Below are positions 1 to 8,156 of a stretch of 58,928 nt of DNA, piece after piece. Each line of letters opens with the position of its first letter. The first letter of the stretch is position 1. The stretch is from Thermoanaerobaculia bacterium. GTDB lineage: Bacteria > Acidobacteriota > Thermoanaerobaculia > UBA5066. The notes under the pieces were generated by a model. The model was not told where the DNA came from, made no database searches, and saw only the letters and a program-made list of their open reading frames with translations. Location of the stretch: positions 1 to 58,928 of the forward strand of contig JBBRRY010000026.1 of NCBI GenBank assembly GCA_038245905.1, read 5' to 3'. The translations under genes were made by a program, and so were the position numbers.

Positions 1-135
1 CACGCCCCCATCCCCTCCGTCCCGTTCCCGGTGCTACGCTTCTCCACGGCCGGTCTCCCTTCTGGGCCTCGAGCCCGTGATGTCCTTGCAGCGGATTTTC
101 CGACTGCGTTGGGGAGACCGGCCTTCTCATCCCAT
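1..135 (-). mobile_element. Probable left end of an IS110/IS1111-family insertion sequence inserted in an attC site (truncated by window edge)
   Basis: Abuts the right half of an attC. Perfect 12-bp inverted repeat GGCCGGTCTCCC (48-59)/GGGAGACCGGCC (112-123). On the minus strand an AAGGGAG RBS-like motif precedes a GTG at 47 opening MEKRSTGNGTEGMGA... to the window edge. The minus-strand end reads TAGCGAG-ATGG, resembling IS1111-type ends. Boundary lies somewhere in 135-142. The transposase body is not visible. Confidence 0.5.
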
Positions 136-172
136 CTCGCTACGCTCGCCGCTGAGCTTGATATCGTTAGGC
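136..172 (+). other. Right half of integron attC site (attC-1)
   Basis: CTCGCTACGCTCGCCGCTGAGCTTGATATCGTTAGGC contains L' GCTGAGC and R' core GTTAGGC (166-172). It closely matches the right arm of attC-2. R''/L'' half absent. Confidence 0.8.
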
Positions 173-179
173 CGCTGAA

Positions 180-605
180 ATGAGAACGTTTGCCACGGCC
201 GCTGAAATTCGGCCTTACCGTATCTGGTTTTGGGTGTCGTTCACGTTCTCGTTCCTGTGCATGGGCGTCTTCCTTCCCGGCCTACTCGTTTTCTGGGGCG
301 CCGCATGGGCGTTCGGGTTCGGGGCGGGCATGTCGCCGTTCTGGCTACTCCTCGCATACCCCGTTGTAATCGGCCTGGCTTGGTTCGGCACGTTCACGAA
401 CCCCGAGCGCCCCGGCCCGCACGGCACACTCTGCGGGGCAGCGTGGGGGTTAGCCCTACTCGTGCTTCTCGTCGTCGGCCTGGTCGCTACCTCCCCACTC
501 GGGCGGCGCCCGCCGGGTCCAGCGCAACGAGTCTCCGCTATTCGTCATGCAGGCACAGGCTTCTTGCAAGCGCGGCCCCTAGCGGCAAGGCCGGCAGCAG
601 CCTAA
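180..605 (+). CDS. Integron cassette-encoded hypothetical membrane protein
   Basis: ATG 8 nt after the GTTAGGC core. The TAA stop lies inside the GCCTAAC R'' box of the next attC. About 3 hydrophobic segments. Confidence 0.65.
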   Translation: MRTFATAAEIRPYRIWFWVSFTFSFLCMGVFLPGLLVFWGAAWAFGFGAGMSPFWLLLAYPVVIGLAWFGTFTNPERPGPHGTLCGAAWGLALLVLLVVGLVATSPLGRRPPGPAQRVSAIRHAGTGFLQARPLAARPAAA

Positions 606-677
606 CCCCTCGTTGCAGCGGACTCATCGTCAGTCGCTTCGCTCCTTCCTCTTCGCCGCTGAACTCGATATCGTTAG
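600..677 (+). other. Integron attC site (attC-2)
   Basis: R'' GCCTAAC (600-606), 5-nt spacer, L'' GTTGCAGC (612-619) pairing with L' GCTGAAC with one extra base, central CGCTTCGC, R' GTTAG (673-677) followed directly by an IS. Confidence 0.9.
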
Positions 678-2191
678 CAGCCCGTGGCAAAACTCCTGAT
701 TCGGCGGCATGCCGTGTGCGTCGGGACTGAGGCAACGACAAGCTGACGCAGGGGTGATCGATGGCGATGGGACGGAAAGAGCGGGACCGGCAGGACGTGA
801 TGTGGATTGCCGCCGAGGAGATCGTGCGGGGCGAAGGGCACATTTTCTACGTGGCGCTGAACAACCTGTTTCGGCGGCACGGATTCGACGAGTTCGTGGA
901 AGGGCTCGTCGAGAAGAGCGGCACCTTCGCTGACGGAGTGGGACGGCCCTCGGTGGCTCCGGGGATCTACTTCCGGATGTCTTTGGTGGGCTACTTCGAA
1001 GGTCTTTCGTCCGAGCGTGGGATCGCCTGGCGGTGCGCGGACTCGATGTCGCTGCGGGAATTTCTGGGCTACGAGCTGACGCAAGAGACGCCGGACCACT
1101 CGACCCTGTCGCGGTGGCGCCGGAAGCTGCCGGAAGCGGCGCACCGCGAGGTCTTCGAGTGGGTGGTGAAGATGGCGCGCGAGGAAGGGATTCTGAAGGG
1201 GCGCAAAGTGGCCATCGACGCGACGACCCTGGAAGCCAACGCGGCGATGAAGTCGATCGTGAGGAAGGCCGACGGGGCGACCTACCAGGACTATTTGAAG
1301 AAGCTGGCCAAGGCCGAGGGGATTGAGAACCCGACGTCTCAGGATCTTCAGCGGATGGACCGCAAGCGGCGCGGCAAGAAGGTCTCGAACCGCAACTGGA
1401 AGAGCAAGACGGATGGACACGCGCGCATCGCGCGACTGAAGGACGGCCGGACCCACATGGCCTACAAGGTCGAGAACGCGATGGATCGAGAGTCGGATCA
1501 CGGTGGCTTCGGAAGTCCACACGGCCGATCAGGCAGACCCTCAGACGATCGGAAAGACGCTTCTGGCCGCCGACGAAACTGTGATGAATGCTGGCGTCCC
1601 AGGCGGGATCGAAACGGCCATCGCCGACCGGGGATACCACGCGGACGCGGTTCTGGAGGATCTGGACCAGAAGGGCTACAAGGCCTTCATCGCTGAGCCG
1701 AAGCGAGGTAAGAGGAACTGGAAACAGCAGCGTCGCCGCGATGGGGACGAGATCGTCAATCGGCGCAAACGTGCCTTCTACGCCAACCGCCGGCGGACGC
1801 GAAGCCGGGCGGGCCGCAGCCTCCAGAAAAAGCGAGCTGAATTCCCGGAAAGAGGATTCGCTCACATGAAGAGAACCGGAGGGCTCGCTCGGGTCTTCGT
1901 CCGCGGAAAGCGAGAGGTCACGAAGAAGGTCCAGTCGTACGTCGCCGCCGCGAACCTCGGCGTGATCCTCTTCGCACTCATCGGAATCGGGACGCCACGA
2001 AGCCTCCAGGGGCGGCTCCGCAGGGCTGTCGAGGTCCTTTTCGCCCTCATACGCTCCCTGATCGCGCCCTTCCACTGGACCCATCGCCCGACAATCCAAT
2101 TCGCCACCTGGAGAGCTGCCAGAGCAGCGATTGGGCGTTTTCACGTCCGGCCGTTTCTACGAACGCTCAGACCGGCTTATGCCACGGGCTG
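678..2191 (+). mobile_element. IS1182-like insertion sequence, 1514 bp
   Basis: Terminal IRs CAGCCCGTGGCAAAA (678-692) and TTATGCCACGGGCTG (2177-2191), 14/15 match. TTAG direct repeats at 674-677 and 2192-2195. Encloses a DDE transposase. Confidence 0.9.
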
Positions 2192-2195
2192 TTAG
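761..2195 (+). pseudogene. IS1182-like DDE transposase, frameshifted near 1496
   Basis: N-part has GRPSVAP, GLSSERGIAWRCADS, TPDHSTLSR and VAIDATTLEANA. C-part (frame of 1503..2195) has IADRGYH and ERGFAHMK. Frames join by a +1 shift at ...GAG TCG G|ATC ACG GTG. Confidence 0.8.
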
Positions 2196-2237
2196 AGGGC
2201 CGAGCTTGGTATCGTGGGGCGGCTGGAAGGAAGGTCT

Positions 2238-2888
2238 GTGGCTACTCCCACCGTCGTCGGTATCGACCTCTCCGGGCCTTCGAACGCCCGCGATACCTGC
2301 GTCGTGGCGCTCCGTTGCCTCGAGGACTCAGCTGTTTTCGCTCAGCATCTTCCTGTAGCGGGCGACGTCGAGATCTTCAACTTTGTCTCCGACCTTGCGC
2401 GCGACACTTCCGTTGTGGTTGGCCTTGATGCGCCGCTGTCGTATCAGCCCGGCGGCGGGCTCCGCGAGCGCGATCGGTCACTTCGGGAACAGATTGTAGA
2501 GCGCGGAATGCGGCATGGTTCTGTCATGCCTCCCACCTTCAATCGCATGGCATACCTGACCCTGCGCGGTCTGGGTGTCGCGCGGCTCCTCAGCACGCTC
2601 GACCCGGTTCACGTGCGCATCATCGAGGTCCACCCAGGAGCCACTTTCTGCCTTCGGGGCGCGCCTCTGGCGTCGGTGATGGCATTCAAGAAGCAGCCCG
2701 AGCACCGCACCGTCCTGTTGGAGTGGCTCGCCACACAGGGCATTACATCCCTCCCACGTACTGAGCCAAGCGATCACTTCGTGGCTGCTTGCGGTGCAGC
2801 CCTCGCGGCATGGGAGTGGTCGCGACAGCGATGCGTCTGGCTCGCACCGCCGGAGCCGCCGTTTCATCCGTTCGCCTTCGCATGCTAA
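2238..2888 (+). CDS. DUF429-like predicted nuclease (RNase H-like fold), cassette gene
   Basis: VVGIDLSG, GLDAPLS and IIEVHPGA motifs. GTG at 2238 follows GGAAGG. Followed by an attC stub. Confidence 0.75.
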   Translation: MATPTVVGIDLSGPSNARDTCVVALRCLEDSAVFAQHLPVAGDVEIFNFVSDLARDTSVVVGLDAPLSYQPGGGLRERDRSLREQIVERGMRHGSVMPPTFNRMAYLTLRGLGVARLLSTLDPVHVRIIEVHPGATFCLRGAPLASVMAFKKQPEHRTVLLEWLATQGITSLPRTEPSDHFVAACGAALAAWEWSRQRCVWLAPPEPPFHPFAFAC

Positions 2889-2898
2889 GCGCACCCTT

Positions 2899-2915
2899 GC
2901 CTAACCCCTCGTTGC
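2899..2915 (+). other. Truncated attC (left end only, attC-3)
   Basis: GCCTAACCCCTCGTTGC is identical to 600-616 and starts 11 nt after the DUF429 stop. No L'/R' follows. Confidence 0.8.
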
Positions 2916-2930
2916 TCACCGGAGGTTCAC

Positions 2931-3317
2931 ATGAAGCGAGTCACTGGCGTCGGCGGCATCTTTTTCAAGGCAATGGATGCACCGGCGTTGCAGGCTTGGT
3001 ACAAGCGTCATCTCGGCATCGATGTCGAGGAGTGGGGCGGTACCGTGTTCACCTGGGCCGACTCGGACGGCAAGCCGACAGGCGGAACGACCGTCTGGTC
3101 CGTTGCTTCCGAAAAAAGCGAGCAGTTTGCTCCAAGCAAAGCCTCGTTCATGGTCAACTACCGCGTCGAAGACCTTCACGCTGTGGTCGCGGCGCTCAAA
3201 GCGGAAGGCTGCAACGTCCTCGATAAGATCGATGACTCTGAGTACGGCAAGTTTGCCTGGGTCATCGATCCTGAGGGAAACAAGATCGAATTGTGGCAAC
3301 CACCTGCCGGTCAATGA
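2931..3317 (+). CDS. VOC/glyoxalase family protein
   Basis: RVTGVGGIFFK, MVNYRVEDL and GKFAWVIDPEGNKIELWQP motifs. GGAGG RBS. Confidence 0.9.
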   Translation: MKRVTGVGGIFFKAMDAPALQAWYKRHLGIDVEEWGGTVFTWADSDGKPTGGTTVWSVASEKSEQFAPSKASFMVNYRVEDLHAVVAALKAEGCNVLDKIDDSEYGKFAWVIDPEGNKIELWQPPAGQ

Positions 3318-3375
3318 AACGCGCCCACGCTCCTTGCCGCAGTCTGAGGCCGGCATTCGGCTTCCCACTCCTCAC

Positions 3376-3828
3376 ATGAAGATGACACGTATGTACGTTC
3401 CTCCCGGTTTCGGCACCGTCACTCCCTACTTCCTCGTGACCGACGCCGGGCGCTTCGCGCATTTCCTTGTCGCAGGTCTCGGCGGGGTCGAGCTTGGACG
3501 GCACAATCGGCCTGACGGGCGAATCGCAAACGCGCAAGTCAGACTCGGCACCAGCACGGTCATGATCAGCGAGGCAACGGCGAGCCATCCACCAATGGCA
3601 GCCGCGTACTACCTCTACGTGGAGGACGCAGATGTCGCTCTAGCCCAGGCGCTCGCGAACGGCGCCACTCTTCTGATGCCTGTTGCGGACATGCCGTACG
3701 GAGACCGACAAGGCGGGGTCCGGGATTCGCACGGCAACATCTGGTGGCTGTCACAGCGCCTTTTGCGTGAGTCCTACGTGCCGGAGGTCGAACCCAAGGC
3801 GCCCAGCGAAGCCGGATCGGAAACGTGA
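3376..3828 (+). CDS. VOC family protein (PhnB-like)
   Basis: TVTPYFLV, YLYVEDAD and DMPYGDRQGGVRDSHGNIWW motifs. Start is 3376 or 3391. Confidence 0.85.
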   Translation: MKMTRMYVPPGFGTVTPYFLVTDAGRFAHFLVAGLGGVELGRHNRPDGRIANAQVRLGTSTVMISEATASHPPMAAAYYLYVEDADVALAQALANGATLLMPVADMPYGDRQGGVRDSHGNIWWLSQRLLRESYVPEVEPKAPSEAGSET

Positions 3829-4421
3829 TCGCGCCGGCTCCCTTAGTTCTCGAAGGCCACGGCGTCCGGCTCGAGCCGCTCGAGCCGCCGCACGTGGCCG
3901 GCCTTTCCGCCGCGGCGGCGGACGGGAAGCTGTGGGAGCTGTGGTTCACGTCCGTGCCCGAGCCGGAGCAGACGGCGAATTACGTCGCCGATGCGCTCGC
4001 GGGGCAGAAGGCCGGACACATGCTGCCGTGGGCCGTGCGGGAGCTCGGCTCGGGCGACGTGGTCGGGACGACGCGGTACCACGACATCGTGCCCGCGATC
4101 GACCGCGTCGAGATCGGCTACACGTGGTACGCGGCCCGCTGGCAGAGGAGCCACGTGAACACGGGCTGCAAGCTGCTGCTCCTCGGCCACGCGTTCGAGA
4201 CGCTCTGCTGCGCGGTCGTCGGCCTCCGAGCGGACAACTTCAACTTCGCGAGCCAGCGGGCGATCGAGGCTCTCGGCGCGAAGAGGGACGGGGTCCTCCG
4301 CCATCACCAGGCCCGGCGCGACGGGACCGTCCGCGACAGCGTGATGTACAGCATCCTCGCGCCGGAGTGGCCGGACGTGAAGAGCCACCTGACGGCCCGT
4401 CTCGCGCGGCACTCGGGATGA
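3825..4421 (+). CDS. GNAT N-acetyltransferase, RimJ/RimL family
   Basis: VEIGYTWY, VNTGCKLLLLGHAFE and ASQRAIEALGAKRDGVLR motifs. GTGA overlap with the previous gene. Confidence 0.9.
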   Translation: MIAPAPLVLEGHGVRLEPLEPPHVAGLSAAAADGKLWELWFTSVPEPEQTANYVADALAGQKAGHMLPWAVRELGSGDVVGTTRYHDIVPAIDRVEIGYTWYAARWQRSHVNTGCKLLLLGHAFETLCCAVVGLRADNFNFASQRAIEALGAKRDGVLRHHQARRDGTVRDSVMYSILAPEWPDVKSHLTARLARHSG

Positions 4422-4510
4422 ACCTCGGGCTGCTATGTCGCGACGCGGAACTTTCCGAGCGACCTCGTGAAAGAGAGTCTCCGATGAGCGGCCTCGTGCA
4501 GCGCGTCTGA

Positions 4511-5146
4511 ATGAACAGGAGAACCGCTCTCGCCGTCGCAGCCGCCGTCCTCGTCCTCTTGCTGTGTGCTTCGGGCCTGCACCCTCAAGACCGCGTCACC
4601 TGGATGCTCGAGGTGTTTCCGATCATCATCGTGCTCCCGGTTCTTCTTCTCACGTATCGCCGCTTTCCGCTCACGACGCTGCTCTATGCGCTCATCTTCG
4701 TCCATGCCGTCGTCCTCATGGTGGGAGGGCACTACACCTACGCGCGGGTGCCGCTCGGTTTCGCCATCGCCAGCGCCTTCGGGATGCATCGGAATCCCTA
4801 CGACAAGATCGGACACTTCGCCCAGGGGCTCGTTCCGGCGATCGCGGTGCGAGAGATTCTGATCCGAGGGCGCTACATCAGAACGCGCGGGATGCTCGCT
4901 TTCGTCGTGATCTCGATCGTCCTCGCCATCAGCGCTGCGTACGAGCTCTTCGAGTGGGGGTCGGCGGTGGCGCTTGGTCAGGGCGCCAACGACTTCCTGG
5001 GCACGCAGGGCGATCCGTGGGACACGCAGTCCGACATGCTCTTCGCTCTCATCGGCGGAGGTGCCGCCATCATCGGCCTCGCGGGTTTCCACGACCGGCA
5101 GCTCGGCTCCTTGCCGCCGGCCAGCGGAGAATCCGAGGCAGGATGA
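4511..5146 (+). CDS. DUF2238 (YjdF-like) membrane protein
   Basis: GGHYTYARVPLG, RNPYDKIGHF and FLGTQGDPWDTQSDM motifs. Confidence 0.88.
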   Translation: MNRRTALAVAAAVLVLLLCASGLHPQDRVTWMLEVFPIIIVLPVLLLTYRRFPLTTLLYALIFVHAVVLMVGGHYTYARVPLGFAIASAFGMHRNPYDKIGHFAQGLVPAIAVREILIRGRYIRTRGMLAFVVISIVLAISAAYELFEWGSAVALGQGANDFLGTQGDPWDTQSDMLFALIGGGAAIIGLAGFHDRQLGSLPPASGESEAG

Positions 5147-5147
5147 A

Positions 5148-6860
5148 CTATCGTTTGCCGGTCTTGTCGCCGATCAGGACGCGGGGCTGGACGTAGCTCG
5201 TCGTCCGGGAGATCTCGTCGGTGAGCGCCAAGGAGAGAGTCTGGGGTCCCCCGCGGAGCTTGAGCCGCGCCGTGTACGTGAACGTCTTGCCCTTCAGGCT
5301 CGCGAGCTCCGCCTCGGGCACGTCGATGGGCACGTGTTCCGAGGTCACTTCTGAGAGCCGCCCGTCCTCCGTCGCTGCGGCCGAGGTGAAGAGAACTTGC
5401 CCGCGCGCTCGCCCGCTCTGGGGCACGAGCGTGAGCGCGTCGAACGGGATCTTGAATTCCAGGGGCACGATCCAGAGCTTGCCGTCCTTCGCCGGAGTGC
5501 CGACGTGGAGAGTCGCGCGCAGCGGATTGCGCGTCTTCGGAAAGTGGACACCGGACATCACGGCGTCGGCGATCTTCTGCTCGGCCGTCCGCTCGACGAC
5601 GTTCCGGCGCGTGAGGACCCGGACGCCGGGCCTGGTCACGCTCACCCGGATGGACCTTGGAACTCCGGGCCTGGACGTGCTGCTCTCGAAGCCGAGCGAG
5701 TAGTACGATGTCCAAGCCGGCTCGAGGCTCTCGAGGGCGAGGGCGAGATTGTTCCGGCCGACAATGGCGGCGCCGCCCGTCTCATCCGCGAGGAGACGGA
5801 GCGCCGACTCCGCGTCGAGGGTCGCGAGCCCTTCGTTCACGCTTGCGCCCGTCCCGCCGAACTCCGCCGAGAGCATCGCATCGCCCGTGAGGCCGCCCGC
5901 TTCCACCACGAAGAGCGAGACGCCCGCGCCGTTGGCCGCGCTCGAAAGCCGCCCGAAAGACGCGGAGCGGTCGAAGTCCTTCCACGTCATGTCGTTGAGG
6001 TCGGCGTTTCCCCTCTGGCCCCGGGAAATCCGGTCGAGGCCACGCAGGAAGTAGTCCCACATCTCGCGTCCCGGCGACGGCGGGAGCTTTTCGGTCACGA
6101 GGATGAGGATCTTCCGCCCCTCCACACCCGACAGGGTCGCGGCCGTGGACCGGGCCGCGTCGAGGGTCGCGTCCACGTCGTGAGCCTGGCCGTCGCACCA
6201 CCCGCGCAGGGTAGAGATCGCCTGGTCGATGAGGGCGGGCCGGCTTCGCGCGTCGGCGTTTAGAGCGCTATCGATCATTCCGAAGAGGCGGTTTTTTTCG
6301 CGGGCGGGAGCGTCGCCGAGAGTCGACTCTCCCTTGAGAGCCTCGAGGACGGCGGAGATGACCCTCCCATCGGTCGTGAAAGGCCCACGCTGCCGAAGAG
6401 CGTGGTCAAAGGAGACCACCTGGACCTCGACGCGCGGGCCGACGGTGCGCGGAAGGAACTCGCCGAGGCTTGCGACGGCGCGATTGCGGTTCGGCACCGT
6501 CAAGTGGAGGAAGTCGAGGAACACGACGAGGTGCGCTCCAGCGGGACCGGGCGGGGCGGGTGCCGGAGACGCCGTGGGGGAAGGCTCCAGGGGAGCCGGC
6601 TCCGAGGCAGGGATCGCGGGCGCGTTCGTGTTCCTGACGAATGAAAAGTTGGAGATGACCTGCGCCTTGCCTTCCTGAGTCACGATAAAATCAAGGGGCG
6701 TCAGGTCGGTCACGGCCCGCCCCTTCGCGTCCGTCACGACGACGTCCACGTTCGTGATCGAGATCTCGACGGACCGGACCAGCGGCGGCGCCGTCTCGGC
6801 GGCACGCGTTTCGCTTCCGGCAAGGACCGCCGCGAGAAGGACCCCGAGCGCGCGTTTCAT
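5148..6860 (-). CDS. Secreted VWA domain-containing protein (acidobacterial type)
   Basis: Signal peptide, NVDVVVTDAKG..VTDL..DF, GRKILILVTE, LADETGG and YYSLGF motifs. Confidence 0.85.
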   Translation of the reverse strand: MKRALGVLLAAVLAGSETRAAETAPPLVRSVEISITNVDVVVTDAKGRAVTDLTPLDFIVTQEGKAQVISNFSFVRNTNAPAIPASEPAPLEPSPTASPAPAPPGPAGAHLVVFLDFLHLTVPNRNRAVASLGEFLPRTVGPRVEVQVVSFDHALRQRGPFTTDGRVISAVLEALKGESTLGDAPAREKNRLFGMIDSALNADARSRPALIDQAISTLRGWCDGQAHDVDATLDAARSTAATLSGVEGRKILILVTEKLPPSPGREMWDYFLRGLDRISRGQRGNADLNDMTWKDFDRSASFGRLSSAANGAGVSLFVVEAGGLTGDAMLSAEFGGTGASVNEGLATLDAESALRLLADETGGAAIVGRNNLALALESLEPAWTSYYSLGFESSTSRPGVPRSIRVSVTRPGVRVLTRRNVVERTAEQKIADAVMSGVHFPKTRNPLRATLHVGTPAKDGKLWIVPLEFKIPFDALTLVPQSGRARGQVLFTSAAATEDGRLSEVTSEHVPIDVPEAELASLKGKTFTYTARLKLRGGPQTLSLALTDEISRTTSYVQPRVLIGDKTGKR

Positions 6861-6873
6861 CCCGCCCGCTACG

Positions 6874-7326
6874 TTACCAGACGAGCCGCGCCCCGAGGCG
6901 CAGCTGATAGGGCCGCCCGGACCCGTCCAGGGGAAGGAAGCTACCGGCGGCGCGCGGGCGCGTGTCCAGAGAGCCCACGCTGCCGTCGGGCGGTATCGCC
7001 TTGAGGAAGAATTCGTTGATCTCGATCGCGGCCCTCAGGTGAACCTGGCCGCCTGGGGTGGAATCTCCGAGCGTGAACTGCGAGTCGGGGTCTCCCTGCT
7101 GGTGAAACAGCCGTCTCTCCTCGGGCAGGCCCGAGAGATCGAGCACTGGCGTGGGAAGAGGCTCCGCGGAGAAGAGGCGGAATCTCTCGGGGAGCAGCGG
7201 GCGTGAGGCGGGAGCGGGCACGGAAGTATCCGTTTGTGAAGCGGGGGCGTCCGTCGATGGCTCACCAGCGCCGGCCGGGATCACCGGGAGCAGCGTCAGG
7301 GCGAGGACCCACGCACGCTTCAGCAT
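6874..7326 (-). CDS. Hypothetical secreted protein
   Basis: ATG at 7326 gives signal peptide MLKRAWVLALTLLPVIPAGA. Ends YQLRLGARLVW. Fills the gap between co-oriented genes. Confidence 0.6.
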   Translation of the reverse strand: MLKRAWVLALTLLPVIPAGAGEPSTDAPASQTDTSVPAPASRPLLPERFRLFSAEPLPTPVLDLSGLPEERRLFHQQGDPDSQFTLGDSTPGGQVHLRAAIEINEFFLKAIPPDGSVGSLDTRPRAAGSFLPLDGSGRPYQLRLGARLVW

Positions 7327-7373
7327 GTAGGACCTGAAATTATCCACCCGTTCCGGCCGGGTGGCGTGAATTT

Positions 7374-8156
7374 TCAGTGGAGGTAGGAACCGCCGTTCAG
7401 AGGGATGGCGATGCCGGTGGCGTAAGAGCCGAGAGGGGAGACGAGGTACAGCACCGCGTTCGCGACATCGGCAGGGGAGGCCACGCGGCCGAGCGGGATC
7501 TGCGCGCGCACCTCGGCGCCCGCCGCGCCCGAGAGGGCGTCGCGGACGGCTTCGGTCTGCACCCAGCCCGGGCACACCGCGTTCGCGGTGATCCCGCGGG
7601 CGCCTTCGTTGCGCGCAAGGCAGCGGGCGAGATTGACCATTCCGGCCTTCGAGACCGCGTAGTCCGGGTGATCCGTCTCGGCCCGGAACGCCGAGCGCGA
7701 GGCAATCATCACGATCCGTCCCCAAACCTGCGAACGCATCGCGGGCAGGCAGAGGAAGCTGAGGTGAGCCGCGGATTCGAGGTTCACGGCCATCGTCTCG
7801 CGCCAGCGGGCCATGAACGCCGCGTCGTCCGGCTCCTCGAATGCGTTCCTCCGGTAGAAGCCCGCGTTGTTCACGAGGATCGAAGGAGGACCGAGACCCT
7901 CCGTGACCTCGCGGTGCAGGCGCCGCCGTTCGTCCTCGCGTCCGACGTCCGCCGAGACGAGGAGGGGAGCCGCGTGCCCGGCAGCGGCGATCGACGCCGC
8001 GACGGAGCGCGCGGCCTCTTCGGATTTTCCGTAGTGCAGGGCGACACGCGCGTTCGCGGCGGCCAGTGTGCGCGCGATCTCGGCGCCGATGCCGCGCGAA
8101 GCGCCGGTGACGAGGGCGACTCGGCCCTCGAGGTCGACCGTGAGCCCCTTCGTCAC
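7374..8156 (-). CDS. SDR family oxidoreductase (FabG-like)
   Basis: TGASRGIG, LVNNAG and YAVSK catalytic motif. Confidence 0.92.
   Translation of the reverse strand: MTKGLTVDLEGRVALVTGASRGIGAEIARTLAAANARVALHYGKSEEAARSVAASIAAAGHAAPLLVSADVGREDERRRLHREVTEGLGPPSILVNNAGFYRRNAFEEPDDAAFMARWRETMAVNLESAAHLSFLCLPAMRSQVWGRIVMIASRSAFRAETDHPDYAVSKAGMVNLARCLARNEGARGITANAVCPGWVQTEAVRDALSGAAGAEVRAQIPLGRVASPADVANAVLYLVSPLGSYATGIAIPLNGGSYLH

Noticed and set aside
630-2144. Long antisense ORFs over the IS (504 aa, 282 aa)
   Set aside because: Shadows of the transposase in GC-rich DNA with no recognisable motifs.
3318-3375. Possible fourth attC between the VOC genes
   Set aside because: No RYYYAAC...GTTRRRY pair or L boxes.
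7340-7348. Single DnaA-box-like TTATCCACC
   Set aside because: An isolated one-mismatch 9-mer is expected by chance.
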